This document shows, in pieces, positions 1 through 8,086 of a stretch of 11,880 nt of DNA. Position 1 is the stretch's first letter; every line of letters begins with the position of its first letter. Both the position numbers and the translations under genes were made by a program. Source of the DNA: Coleofasciculus chthonoplastes F2-STO-03. Its GTDB lineage: Bacteria; Cyanobacteriota; Cyanobacteriia; Cyanobacteriales; Coleofasciculaceae. The stretch spans positions 1 through 11,880 of the forward strand of contig JAVJWO010000100.1 of assembly GCA_040222015.1 (NCBI GenBank), given 5' to 3'. A model generated the notes under the pieces. That model saw only the letters and a list, made by a program, of their open reading frames with translations. It did not search any database and was not told the origin of the DNA.

Positions 1-46
1 ACCCGCCTCAGCCTCAGTGAGCTAACCGCAGAAATATACTGACTAG

Positions 47-181
47 GTGACGTCCTCCTACACCGACCCTACGGGTACAGTTGTAGGCTTCCTTTGGGGT
101 TCCGTTTCAGAACGACGCTTCCGGCGTTTTATAGTGGGGAACCTATCGCCGGATAAGCTAATAACAGGCGTGCCATGTCAC
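47..181 (-). ncRNA. Putative TnpB omegaRNA / IS200-IS605-type right-end structured element, orphan (no tnpB ORF upstream)
   Basis: The minus strand ends ...GAAGCCTACAACTGTACCCGTAGGGTCGGTGTAGGAGGACGTCAC. This is the GAAGCC-hairpin-GAGGAYGTCAC pattern I recognise from cyanobacterial tnpB right ends. Stems (+ coordinates): CCTACA 57-62/TGTAGG 82-87 with inner ACCC/GGGT; TCCGGCG 120-126/CGCCGGA 147-153; terminal GTGAC 47-51/GTCAC 177-181. The family call is from memory of such ends. Confidence 0.55.
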
Positions 182-219
182 ATCTCTACATTAAGATTAA
201 TGGTACTGAAATTTTGGCT

Positions 220-240
220 GGTGGGCACTGCCCACCCTAC
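220..240 (-). repeat. GTAG-type REP palindrome (GTAGGGTGGGCAGTGCCCACC on the minus strand)
   Basis: Perfect 8-bp stem GGTGGGCA (220-227)/TGCCCACC (229-236), followed by CTAC (GTAG on the minus strand). It lies downstream of the DCC gene. Confidence 0.75.
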
Positions 241-305
241 GGTATATTAAGAGTTTCGGTGATCCAAACCTGCTTATTTCAGTGCCATTGACATTAAGAT
301 TAAGA

Positions 306-782
306 TTAACGTTCTAGGCGACATTTTTGCTCATCTCGACACTCTAAACCCTGTTGACGTTGGGCAATTAAGGTGGCTAGACTGGGGCGTCCTGTCAGTT
401 TGAGGCGTAAGTTTGCCCAGATAGTATAAATTTGATTGGCTAAACCATTGAGGATGGGTATACGAGTCGGCGCATAAATCCAACCCATCCCTAGAATCTC
501 GTAGACAGTACGAAATACTTCAATATCTTTGATAATTTTACCATCTGGTAATATTGCATGAATGCGTCCCATTGCCGTTTCATAATCAATCCCGCTATTG
601 TCTTCGGGATTATAGGATTCATCGGCAATATCGACAAATTTCACTAATCCTCTACCCGCATCCCGTTCTAGGAGAAAGTGAACTTCTCGTAGACACAAGG
701 GACACTCACCATCATAGAGTAGCTTGATTTGCCAGGATTGGGCTTGTGGATTGGATCGGGTTAGGGTTTCAGCGCTAGACAT
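306..782 (-). CDS. DCC family (DUF393) thiol-disulfide oxidoreductase-like protein
   Basis: 158-aa ORF with the N-terminal LLYDGECPLC (DxxCxxC) signature, followed by FVDI, a GRIHAI..DG motif and a Y..WA..R segment typical of DUF393. Confidence 0.9.
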   Translation of the reverse strand: MSSAETLTRSNPQAQSWQIKLLYDGECPLCLREVHFLLERDAGRGLVKFVDIADESYNPEDNSGIDYETAMGRIHAILPDGKIIKDIEVFRTVYEILGMGWIYAPTRIPILNGLANQIYTIWANLRLKLTGRPSLATLIAQRQQGLECRDEQKCRLER

Positions 783-967
783 TAATATTTTTCTTCGTTT
801 GTCAACTGTTTTATAGCTATATTAACAAATATTAATAAATAGGGGTTACCCTGTCAACTTATCTCTTTGAATCTAGGGTTATCTGGTGATCATCACCTGA
901 AGCGGATAACCTGCGATCGGGTTAAACTATTCACCACAGCCATAATCACGCTGTCTAACATCTAATC

Positions 968-1026
968 GGGGCGGGTTTAGTTACATCTAGGTGCAAAAAA
1001 ACGATAGTAGTGAAACCCGCCCCTAC
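968..1026. repeat. GTAG-type REP/REPIN-like inverted repeat; possible 3' stem of the large exoprotein transcript
   Basis: Perfect 11-bp inverted repeat GGGGCGGGTTT (968-978)/AAACCCGCCCC (1013-1023), followed by TAC (GTAGGGGCGGGTTT on the minus strand), with a 34-bp spacer. Confidence 0.75.
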
Positions 1027-1033
1027 AATTGCC

Positions 1034-1054
1034 TGTTCCCTGTTCCCTGTTCCC
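1034..1054. repeat. STRR-like heptamer tandem repeat (TGTTCCC)x3
   Basis: Three exact copies of TGTTCCC just past the stop codon of the large minus-strand gene. Confidence 0.85.
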
Positions 1055-1057
1055 TGA

Positions 1058-4000
1058 TTACCAAGGATTACCAATTAGGGTAAAGGAACTCCAAAAATAA
1101 GGATGGCTGTAGTTTTGGTTAATCGACGCCGGAAAATCAGGGGGTAAGGGAATACTACTCTTAGTTGTGATTAAGCGATCGCCTTCTCGTTGCACTTCAC
1201 CTCTAAGCATTGCCAGTTGTGCCTTTCGCAAGGCTTCGGCTTTAGTAGAACTTTGCTTAAGGTTTTCGTAAAATGTGGTCATTAGTCCCAGTGTCCCCTC
1301 ATCACTAACATACCAGAGACTGCCCAAGGCTGACTTGACCCCAGCTTGTACCGCTAACCCTGTAAATCCTAATTCCGCTTCCTTATCTCCTAACGCTGTG
1401 CGACAAGCACTTAAAACCAACAGTTCCACCGTCGGTTTATGCCAATCTAACTGCCACATCTGATCCAGATTGATTCTCTTATTGTCCCACAACTGAATAT
1501 AGGAATTCGCAGGTTTTCCCGGTTGAAATTCGGCATGGGTGGCTAAATGAACAATACCATACGCTGCTTTTCGGCGTGCTTGCTTGAGATTATTTAAGGT
1601 AAACTCTTCATTCAGAAAGGATTCACCTTGCCACACTTGATCGGCAATCACCTGTAACTCAATAGGAACACCAGGTAAAGATGCCTTATCCCGAAATTTT
1701 GAAGCCCCCATTGCCAACACCGAATCATCTCTGACATCTTGATAACGAGTATCGGTGAGACTGAGGCTAGGCATTAAGCCGACACTATAGTTCTCAATGA
1801 TAAACTGATCCCCATCATACAAAGCAGCAATGGGTATGGAACGCAACCCCGTATCCATAACAAATGCTAAATGCTTGATGTCTTGCGCGGCTAAATCGGC
1901 AGCGATGGGTTTAATCAACGATTGATACATCTGATAAGCCGATGGCAGATAATCTTGATTACTGAGAACATTGGTTACCGTGCGGCGAAACTGATCTGCC
2001 ATGTTCAGGACTTCTGCTCTGGTTATATTAACCGATCGCCGAATCGGATGTCCATCGGCAGAAATGAGAATTAATTCTAAGCGATCGCTCGGTTGCGGGG
2101 TTAGCGATCGCAATAAACTGGTATTATTGGATGTTACCTCTGTACCATCAGGCACAGACGTAATCGTTTGCGGGGCAAATACCACATAAATCACTGCCGA
2201 CTTCACCCCTGTCGCCGCTTCATTATCGCGTAAGATTTCTCGCGCTTGTTTTAAAGTAACTCCCGCCCGTTTCCCCCTGCCAAAATATTCCTCATAATCG
2301 CGACTAAATAAGGTATCAATCTCCATCACTCCCGATTCATCCTTTTCAATCGGGGATTGACTTTGATTTGAATCGGCGGTGGTTAAATCAACCGGGTTAA
2401 CGGGGATATCACGGGTATCATCAACGCTAACAATCCGAATATTACCTTCAGTGTGGGTAAAAGGAAAGGATTGGAAAGGGGCGATGGTAAACTCACCACT
2501 GGTAATGGCAGCAGCTGTGCCGTTAATTGTCGCATCTCCCACATCAAAGGGAATAATTCCGCCTCCCCCATGACGAATCGTGATATCACCGCCACCATTT
2601 CCACCTGCCGTAGAAATGCTAGTTTCCCTACCATTGTCAGGAAAACTACCCGTTGCCCGAAACACGCGATCGCTCTCTATCTCAACATTGCCGCCTCTAC
2701 CATTACTCCCCCCCTGGGCGTTAATCGAACTCACCTGAATATAGTCCTGGGGATCAAGAGTAACATTACCGCCATCACCGCTATTGCCACTGGAATTGAT
2801 TTCTCCTGCATTAATACTCACCTCAGCATTAACGACAATATCACCACCCGTCGCTGCTGAGGAATTTAGGCTACTGCTATTCACCCGATCCTGATTGCTG
2901 GTGAGATGAATATTACCGCCAGCCGTCGTAATATTACCCGTGGTTAGGGTATGGTTTGTTGCCAGTTCAACCGCTCCTCCAGAGGTTTGCACATCTTGTA
3001 AATGAATTGCACCAGTTCCTGTTATTTGCTTCAGACTAGCCGCCCTAATCAAAGCATTCGCCGTGAAGTTATTGCCATTAAAAATAGTTACATTACCCAG
3101 TGGCATCGTTTCACCAACACTATCGGCAAACGCGATATTCCCCATTCCTGCCGCCAGATTGAGATTGGCAGAATTACCGTTACCATTGAGCCTATTATTA
3201 AACCGGATATCACCGCCATTTGTCCTCAAGAATGTATCGCCAGTTAGGATAGTTGGAGCATTAAATTCAATCGTACCATTCGCTGTTGTCACCTCACCCG
3301 CGAAATTCAGCGGATTAGCACCATTAAGTTTAAAATCGTCCGTGAGATTAATCCGGGCTGTTGTCGGGATATCCAGATTACCACTGATAATCGTTAGATT
3401 GCTAATTGGGGTTGTACTCCCTATCGTTTCGGGTAATTTCACCGTACCAGTTTGAGCGATTAGGTTCATGCTTTCCGTTCCATTACTACCATTAATTGGA
3501 TTGAGAAAACGGATATCACCCGCACTCGTATTCAGATGAGTATCACCCGTAAGCGTAACCACACCATTCAAATCAATCGTGCCAGTTGTTGTGGTAATTG
3601 TCCCCGCCAAATTCACTGGATTTGTACCATTTTGCTGAAAGTCTCCAGTCAAATTAAGGGTTGTGGCAAGATTTAACCCCCCATTAATCGTCAGGTTATC
3701 CAATGGGTTACTCTTACCAACAAGATGATCAAAGGTAATACTATTCGCGCCAGCAGACAGTTCCAGATTGTGATTCCCGTTAAGCCTATTCTGAAAAACA
3801 ATCGTACCTGAACCACTTGTATTGAGGGCAGTATCACCAGTTAAAGTAATTGGGGCATTGAAATCCAGATTCCCGTTTGTCGTCGTAATTTCACCTGCCA
3901 ATGCCACCGCTTCAGTGATATTCAGTTGTAATCCGCCCTTCAGGTTAAGGTTTATTGTAGCTGGGAGATCTAGGGTATGACTAGAGATAGTAAAATTGCC

Positions 4001-7000
4001 AATTGATTCAAAATTCGCGGTATCCTCAATAATCACCCCACCCTGTAATCCCTGATGTTCAATCATCAGATGATTGGTATTGATATTACCGTCTATAGCA
4101 ATATTACCGCTCTGATTATTGGTTAAACCCTCACCTGTATTCAGGGTAATGTTAATATCTCCCTCACCCGTATCTAGTGTTATTTCATTTGCAAATACGA
4201 TTTCAGCTTTACCCATATCTCGCTGGGCATCAACCACTCCATTTGCCAGAGTTTCGTTGGCAATTAGGTTTAAATCACCATTATCTGTAAAAATATCAGC
4301 ATTAATCATAATGCTGCGTCCGGCTTGAAACGTGAGATCGCCCCCATTGCCGCTAGGATTATTGATAATCAGGGGATTATCGAGAGTAACAGTAATATCA
4401 TTATTGGCTTGCAGCACAACGGCTGTACCTGTATTCAGAGTACGTTGTAAAAAAGAGGGAGAAAAGGTTACTGAAGCACCAGGTAAGTTAGCAAATGTCA
4501 GATCGGTGGGGACACCGACGGTTACTCGACCATTACCTTCATTGGCAAATTGTACCCAAAACGTTTGATTAACTGGGTCATTAACCACTGTACCCAAACC
4601 TGCATCTGGCTGGCGACCAATAATACTATTGTTATCGCTGATACTATTCGTGCCATTCCAAGTTTGTCCCGTACTTCCATCCACCCAAGTAACGGCTCCT
4701 GTCTTATTACTCCAGTTGGGACTGCTGACAACATAATTGCTATTGTTTAATTCAATAACGCCACCACTACCCACTTGGTCATTCGCCACGTTTCCCACTA
4801 AACTGTTAAGTTCGCTTACCTGATCAATAATCTCAGTTGTGCCATCGCCCCAAGTAACGGCGCCCCGATTATTGTTCCACTCTGGGCTACTAATCACATA
4901 ATTTCCATTCCTCAGGGCTGTAACACCGCCACTACCGATGCGATCTGAGGAGGCTGGAGTTCCGACTAAACTGTTCGTGTCATCCACGACACCAATCGTG
5001 CCAATAGTGCCATCGCCCCAAGTGACAGCTCCCTGATTATTGTTCCAGTCGGGGCTGCTGACAACGTAATTGCCATTGGCAAGCGCAATAACACCTTCAA
5101 GCCTCGGAGAAGGAACAATGCCCATCGGGGGGACACCATTACCAACTTGATCACCTGATGTACTCCCGACTAAGCTATTAGTCGCAAGAACCTGCTCATT
5201 GCCCGTTTCCAGAGTACCATCCCGCCAAGTCACTGCTCCTCTGTTATCGTTCCAGTTCGGACTGCTAATTACATAATTCCCGTTAGTCAGGGCGGTTACA
5301 CCCCCACTACCGATGCTATCTTGGGCAAGGCTACCAACTATACTGTTATCTAGTCTTACTGAACCCGTGGTTAAACCGTTGATCGCATCAACCCAGGTGA
5401 CGGCTCCCACATCCTGAACTGCCCCATTGTTCCACAGGGGGCTACTGACCACATAATTTCCATTAGTCAGCGCCGTAATGCCAGCACTACCGATCTGATC
5501 ATCAGTCTGAGTGCCAATCAAACTGTGATTCGCACCTACAACTCCTGTCGTCCCCGTCACACCATCACCCCAGGTGATGGCTCCTTCATTTGTATTTAGA
5601 CTTGTTGGATCATCAGGTCTAGTTGTATTGGGATCATCCCAAAAGGGGCTGTTGACGACATAATTTCCGTTTTCCAGCGCAGTTACACCGTCAAAATCAT
5701 TTTCGACCAATCCGACAAGATTATTTTCGCTACCAATTAAGCTGTTGCTCGCATTCACTTGTCCTTTAGTCGTCCCAGTCGTGCCATCACCCCAAGTTAC
5801 GGCACCCTGACTGTCGCCCCAAAACGGGGAGTTGACTACATAGTTGCCATTATTTTTGAGAGCCGTAACACCACGACTACCAACTCTGTCTCGAAGCTGA
5901 GTGCCAACTAAACTGTTAGTCGCATTCACCTCTCCAATAGTCTGAGTTGTACCATCACCCCACGTCACTGCCCCTACATCCATAACCCCTGTAACGTTAT
6001 TGTCCCACCTTGGACTAACAACCACGTAATTTCCATTACTTAAGGCTGTAACACCACCACTCCCCACTTGGTCATCCGTCTGAGTGCCAACTAAACTGTT
6101 AGTTGCATTAACCTCTGCCGAAATTCCGGTTGTGCCATTACCCCACGTCACCGCCCCAGCATTTGTCGCCCCTGTCACCCGATTATCCCACTGCGGACTC
6201 GCGACTACGAAATTCCCATTACTTAGGGCTGTAACACCACCACTCCCCACTTGGTTATTGTCCTGACCCATCAGTATGCGAATTAATGCCCCAGTTGAAT
6301 CATCGAAGAGGTAAACCGCACCTGCATTATCTCCACCAAAGTTATCTCCTGGCTTAGTGACTGCCACATTCCCCATAGTCAATGGCGCAATCGCATCACC
6401 AAACCCCGAACCATTGCCTGGATTGGGATCAACGAGGTCAAACTGAGGAATAGCGCCTACACTATCATCAATTATGATATTTTTCGGATCGAGTAACAGC
6501 GTCCCAGCCGATCCATTTACAGCCCCCACATCAACAAGACCTGTCATCGAGAGTGTATTTTTACCGGATACTTCCACAAAACCGCCGTCACCGCTAATGA
6601 CACCACCTTGCGCCTGAATCGTACCGGAAAATTGAGTGTGTTGGTCAGACCAAACAATCGCCTGTCCTCCGTTACCAGTGGTCAGGGCGTTGGCGTTTAA
6701 ACGACTGCTATGATTGACGGTTGTATTTTGGGCATTAATAGCATTTGACGTTTGTCCCTGAAAATCACCACCGACTAAAATCTCTCCACCGCCACTGTTA
6801 CCGCTAACATCAATATCAGTCGCCAATAACTGAACCGTCTGTGCAAATAAATGGACTGTACCGCCCACCTCTCCTGTCGCCTCAATGTCACCTGAAGTGG
6901 TTAAGACTGTATCAGCATTACCCTTAAATTCAATGACACCTCCCTGTTGAGAACCATTTGCCCGGGTTGTTGCGCTAGCGGTTTGAATGACTGTGCCTGT

Positions 7001-8086
7001 AGAATGAACCTGAATTTCCCCCCCCTTTCCCTGGTGCCCTGTTGCACTCAGTTGTCCCCTGTCCAGGAAATGATCAGTTTGAACCTGAATATTACCCCCA
7101 TTCGCCCCATCAGCCGTAATCTGACCCAGATTATCTACCCTAGAACCAACAACATGAATTGCGCCCCCCTGATTCGTATCGGTGGTTGATACTTGCCCTT
7201 CGTTGACAACTTGACCGCTATTCCCCGTCAGTAAAACAGGTAAATCGAGGGGATTAATTGGCAATTGCTCCCCAGTGGCGGAGCGAGGGGGTGTAATCTC
7301 TAAGGTGAGGGGGCTTCCCGGTTGACTGATTCTGAGCAAATTCTCACCCGGTACAGCCGCGATCGCAACTTGTCCTCCTGCTGCTGTCAGTTGCCCCGTG
7401 TTGGTAATACTACCACCCGCTAAGGTTAAAGTCTGACCTTCTGCCACCTCTAAATTGCCATGATTAATAATCGCTGCTGAGTCAGCCCAGTCAAACGCCA
7501 AGGTTGTCGGCGTCCCGATTAAATTTTGATAATTAGTCTCACCGAAGGCATTAAACCAATTCTCAGCACCAAAGCCAATCCCCGTCGCCGTCGTTGCGGT
7601 AAAAGCAGCCGGAACATTAAGCTGGGCATTAGCGCCAAAAATGATTCCCGCCGGATTCATTAAGAATAGATTAGAATTTCCCCCAGTGACCTGAATTAGA
7701 CCATTAATCATAGAGGTATCTCCGCCAACCACCCGTCCCAGAATGTTGCGAATTTGGGGATCGGAGATAAAGTTGGCAATTTGCTCTGGAGAAAGTCCAA
7801 ATTGCTCGAAGCTATGGAAGAGATTGGCGCCATCTCCCGAAAGCGTTCCACCGTGGATATCCAAGCGGTTTCCCTCTGGGGTGACTTTGGTGTCAGTACC
7901 ATCGGCGGCTGGGGTAATGGGTTGAGCCTGGGCTGGGGGAACCGAGTCCAGCCAAGCTATCGCTGATTTTAAGGTGCGATCGCGCTTAGGAAACCGTCCG
8001 GTTTCGGGAAAATTTAGGTAAGGCATTACCCCGGTGAGGACAACACCGACACACAAGCAGCGAATGCACAATGGGATAGGTTTCAT
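1058..8086 (-). CDS. Large exoprotein: signal peptide, filamentous haemagglutinin N-terminal (TPS) domain, DUF5650-like repeats, ~100-aa beta-helix-like repeats and a C-terminal CHAT (caspase-like) domain
   Basis: 2342-aa uninterrupted ORF. The N-terminus has AQA|QPI and the TPS motifs NLFHSF, NILGRV.GG..S.ING and LFLMNPAGIIFG. It contains GG.VEVSG and G.LLLDP..I.I FHA-type motifs. The C-terminus has VHLATHAEF, LLVLSACRTALG, GSLWYVSD and HPYFWSSF.LIGNPW, which are CHAT hallmarks. Confidence 0.93.
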   Translation of the reverse strand: MKPIPLCIRCLCVGVVLTGVMPYLNFPETGRFPKRDRTLKSAIAWLDSVPPAQAQPITPAADGTDTKVTPEGNRLDIHGGTLSGDGANLFHSFEQFGLSPEQIANFISDPQIRNILGRVVGGDTSMINGLIQVTGGNSNLFLMNPAGIIFGANAQLNVPAAFTATTATGIGFGAENWFNAFGETNYQNLIGTPTTLAFDWADSAAIINHGNLEVAEGQTLTLAGGSITNTGQLTAAGGQVAIAAVPGENLLRISQPGSPLTLEITPPRSATGEQLPINPLDLPVLLTGNSGQVVNEGQVSTTDTNQGGAIHVVGSRVDNLGQITADGANGGNIQVQTDHFLDRGQLSATGHQGKGGEIQVHSTGTVIQTASATTRANGSQQGGVIEFKGNADTVLTTSGDIEATGEVGGTVHLFAQTVQLLATDIDVSGNSGGGEILVGGDFQGQTSNAINAQNTTVNHSSRLNANALTTGNGGQAIVWSDQHTQFSGTIQAQGGVISGDGGFVEVSGKNTLSMTGLVDVGAVNGSAGTLLLDPKNIIIDDSVGAIPQFDLVDPNPGNGSGFGDAIAPLTMGNVAVTKPGDNFGGDNAGAVYLFDDSTGALIRILMGQDNNQVGSGGVTALSNGNFVVASPQWDNRVTGATNAGAVTWGNGTTGISAEVNATNSLVGTQTDDQVGSGGVTALSNGNYVVVSPRWDNNVTGVMDVGAVTWGDGTTQTIGEVNATNSLVGTQLRDRVGSRGVTALKNNGNYVVNSPFWGDSQGAVTWGDGTTGTTKGQVNASNSLIGSENNLVGLVENDFDGVTALENGNYVVNSPFWDDPNTTRPDDPTSLNTNEGAITWGDGVTGTTGVVGANHSLIGTQTDDQIGSAGITALTNGNYVVSSPLWNNGAVQDVGAVTWVDAINGLTTGSVRLDNSIVGSLAQDSIGSGGVTALTNGNYVISSPNWNDNRGAVTWRDGTLETGNEQVLATNSLVGSTSGDQVGNGVPPMGIVPSPRLEGVIALANGNYVVSSPDWNNNQGAVTWGDGTIGTIGVVDDTNSLVGTPASSDRIGSGGVTALRNGNYVISSPEWNNNRGAVTWGDGTTEIIDQVSELNSLVGNVANDQVGSGGVIELNNSNYVVSSPNWSNKTGAVTWVDGSTGQTWNGTNSISDNNSIIGRQPDAGLGTVVNDPVNQTFWVQFANEGNGRVTVGVPTDLTFANLPGASVTFSPSFLQRTLNTGTAVVLQANNDITVTLDNPLIINNPSGNGGDLTFQAGRSIMINADIFTDNGDLNLIANETLANGVVDAQRDMGKAEIVFANEITLDTGEGDINITLNTGEGLTNNQSGNIAIDGNINTNHLMIEHQGLQGGVIIEDTANFESIGNFTISSHTLDLPATINLNLKGGLQLNITEAVALAGEITTTNGNLDFNAPITLTGDTALNTSGSGTIVFQNRLNGNHNLELSAGANSITFDHLVGKSNPLDNLTINGGLNLATTLNLTGDFQQNGTNPVNLAGTITTTTGTIDLNGVVTLTGDTHLNTSAGDIRFLNPINGSNGTESMNLIAQTGTVKLPETIGSTTPISNLTIISGNLDIPTTARINLTDDFKLNGANPLNFAGEVTTANGTIEFNAPTILTGDTFLRTNGGDIRFNNRLNGNGNSANLNLAAGMGNIAFADSVGETMPLGNVTIFNGNNFTANALIRAASLKQITGTGAIHLQDVQTSGGAVELATNHTLTTGNITTAGGNIHLTSNQDRVNSSSLNSSAATGGDIVVNAEVSINAGEINSSGNSGDGGNVTLDPQDYIQVSSINAQGGSNGRGGNVEIESDRVFRATGSFPDNGRETSISTAGGNGGGDITIRHGGGGIIPFDVGDATINGTAAAITSGEFTIAPFQSFPFTHTEGNIRIVSVDDTRDIPVNPVDLTTADSNQSQSPIEKDESGVMEIDTLFSRDYEEYFGRGKRAGVTLKQAREILRDNEAATGVKSAVIYVVFAPQTITSVPDGTEVTSNNTSLLRSLTPQPSDRLELILISADGHPIRRSVNITRAEVLNMADQFRRTVTNVLSNQDYLPSAYQMYQSLIKPIAADLAAQDIKHLAFVMDTGLRSIPIAALYDGDQFIIENYSVGLMPSLSLTDTRYQDVRDDSVLAMGASKFRDKASLPGVPIELQVIADQVWQGESFLNEEFTLNNLKQARRKAAYGIVHLATHAEFQPGKPANSYIQLWDNKRINLDQMWQLDWHKPTVELLVLSACRTALGDKEAELGFTGLAVQAGVKSALGSLWYVSDEGTLGLMTTFYENLKQSSTKAEALRKAQLAMLRGEVQREGDRLITTKSSIPLPPDFPASINQNYSHPYFWSSFTLIGNPW
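1061..1940 (-). other. CHAT domain with putative catalytic His (codon 1535-1537) and Cys (codon 1403-1405)
   Basis: Motifs LRSIPIAAL, HLATHA, LSAC, SLW.VSD and ALR.AQL occur in the translation. Domain boundaries are approximate. Confidence 0.88.
3071..3973 (-). repeat. Three ~100-aa intragenic repeats (beta-helix/FHA-like stalk)
   Basis: Three units share L.L.G..Q.N...V.LAG.ITT..G...FN....LTGDT.L.T..G.I.F.N.LNG....L.L.A....I.F...VG...PL.NLTI. Confidence 0.8.
4617..6250 (-). repeat. Nine ~55-75-aa intragenic repeats (DUF5650-like), preceded by a degenerate FG-GAP-like unit (~6250-6410)
   Basis: The consensus VGSGGVTAL.NGNYVVSSP.W.N..GAVTWGDG.TG....V...NSLVG occurs nine times in the translation. 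The DUF5650 label is from recall. Confidence 0.85.
7560..7920 (-). other. Filamentous haemagglutinin N-terminal / TPS secretion domain
   Basis: NLFHSFEQF, the NPAG variant of the NPNG motif (N codon 7655-7657) and F.ATTA. Boundaries are approximate. Confidence 0.88.

Noticed and set aside
47..185. Group II intron 5' end (GTGACATGG...)
   Set aside because: There is no GUGYG start and no RT or domain V in view. The 3' hairpin and GTCAC end fit an IS200/IS605-type right end better.
47..250. 67-aa plus-strand ORF
   Set aside because: GTG start, no recognisable motif, and it runs through the structured RNA-like element and a REP palindrome.
4617..6250. CRISPR array or DGR template/variable repeat pair
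   Set aside because: The repeats are in-frame protein repeats diverging mainly at synonymous sites. There are no constant repeats with unique spacers, no adenine-specific mismatch pattern, and no RT or cas gene.
1275..7966. Many short ORFs overlapping the large gene on the opposite strand or in alternative frames
   Set aside because: They are shadow ORFs of a well-supported 7-kb CDS and carry no motifs of their own.
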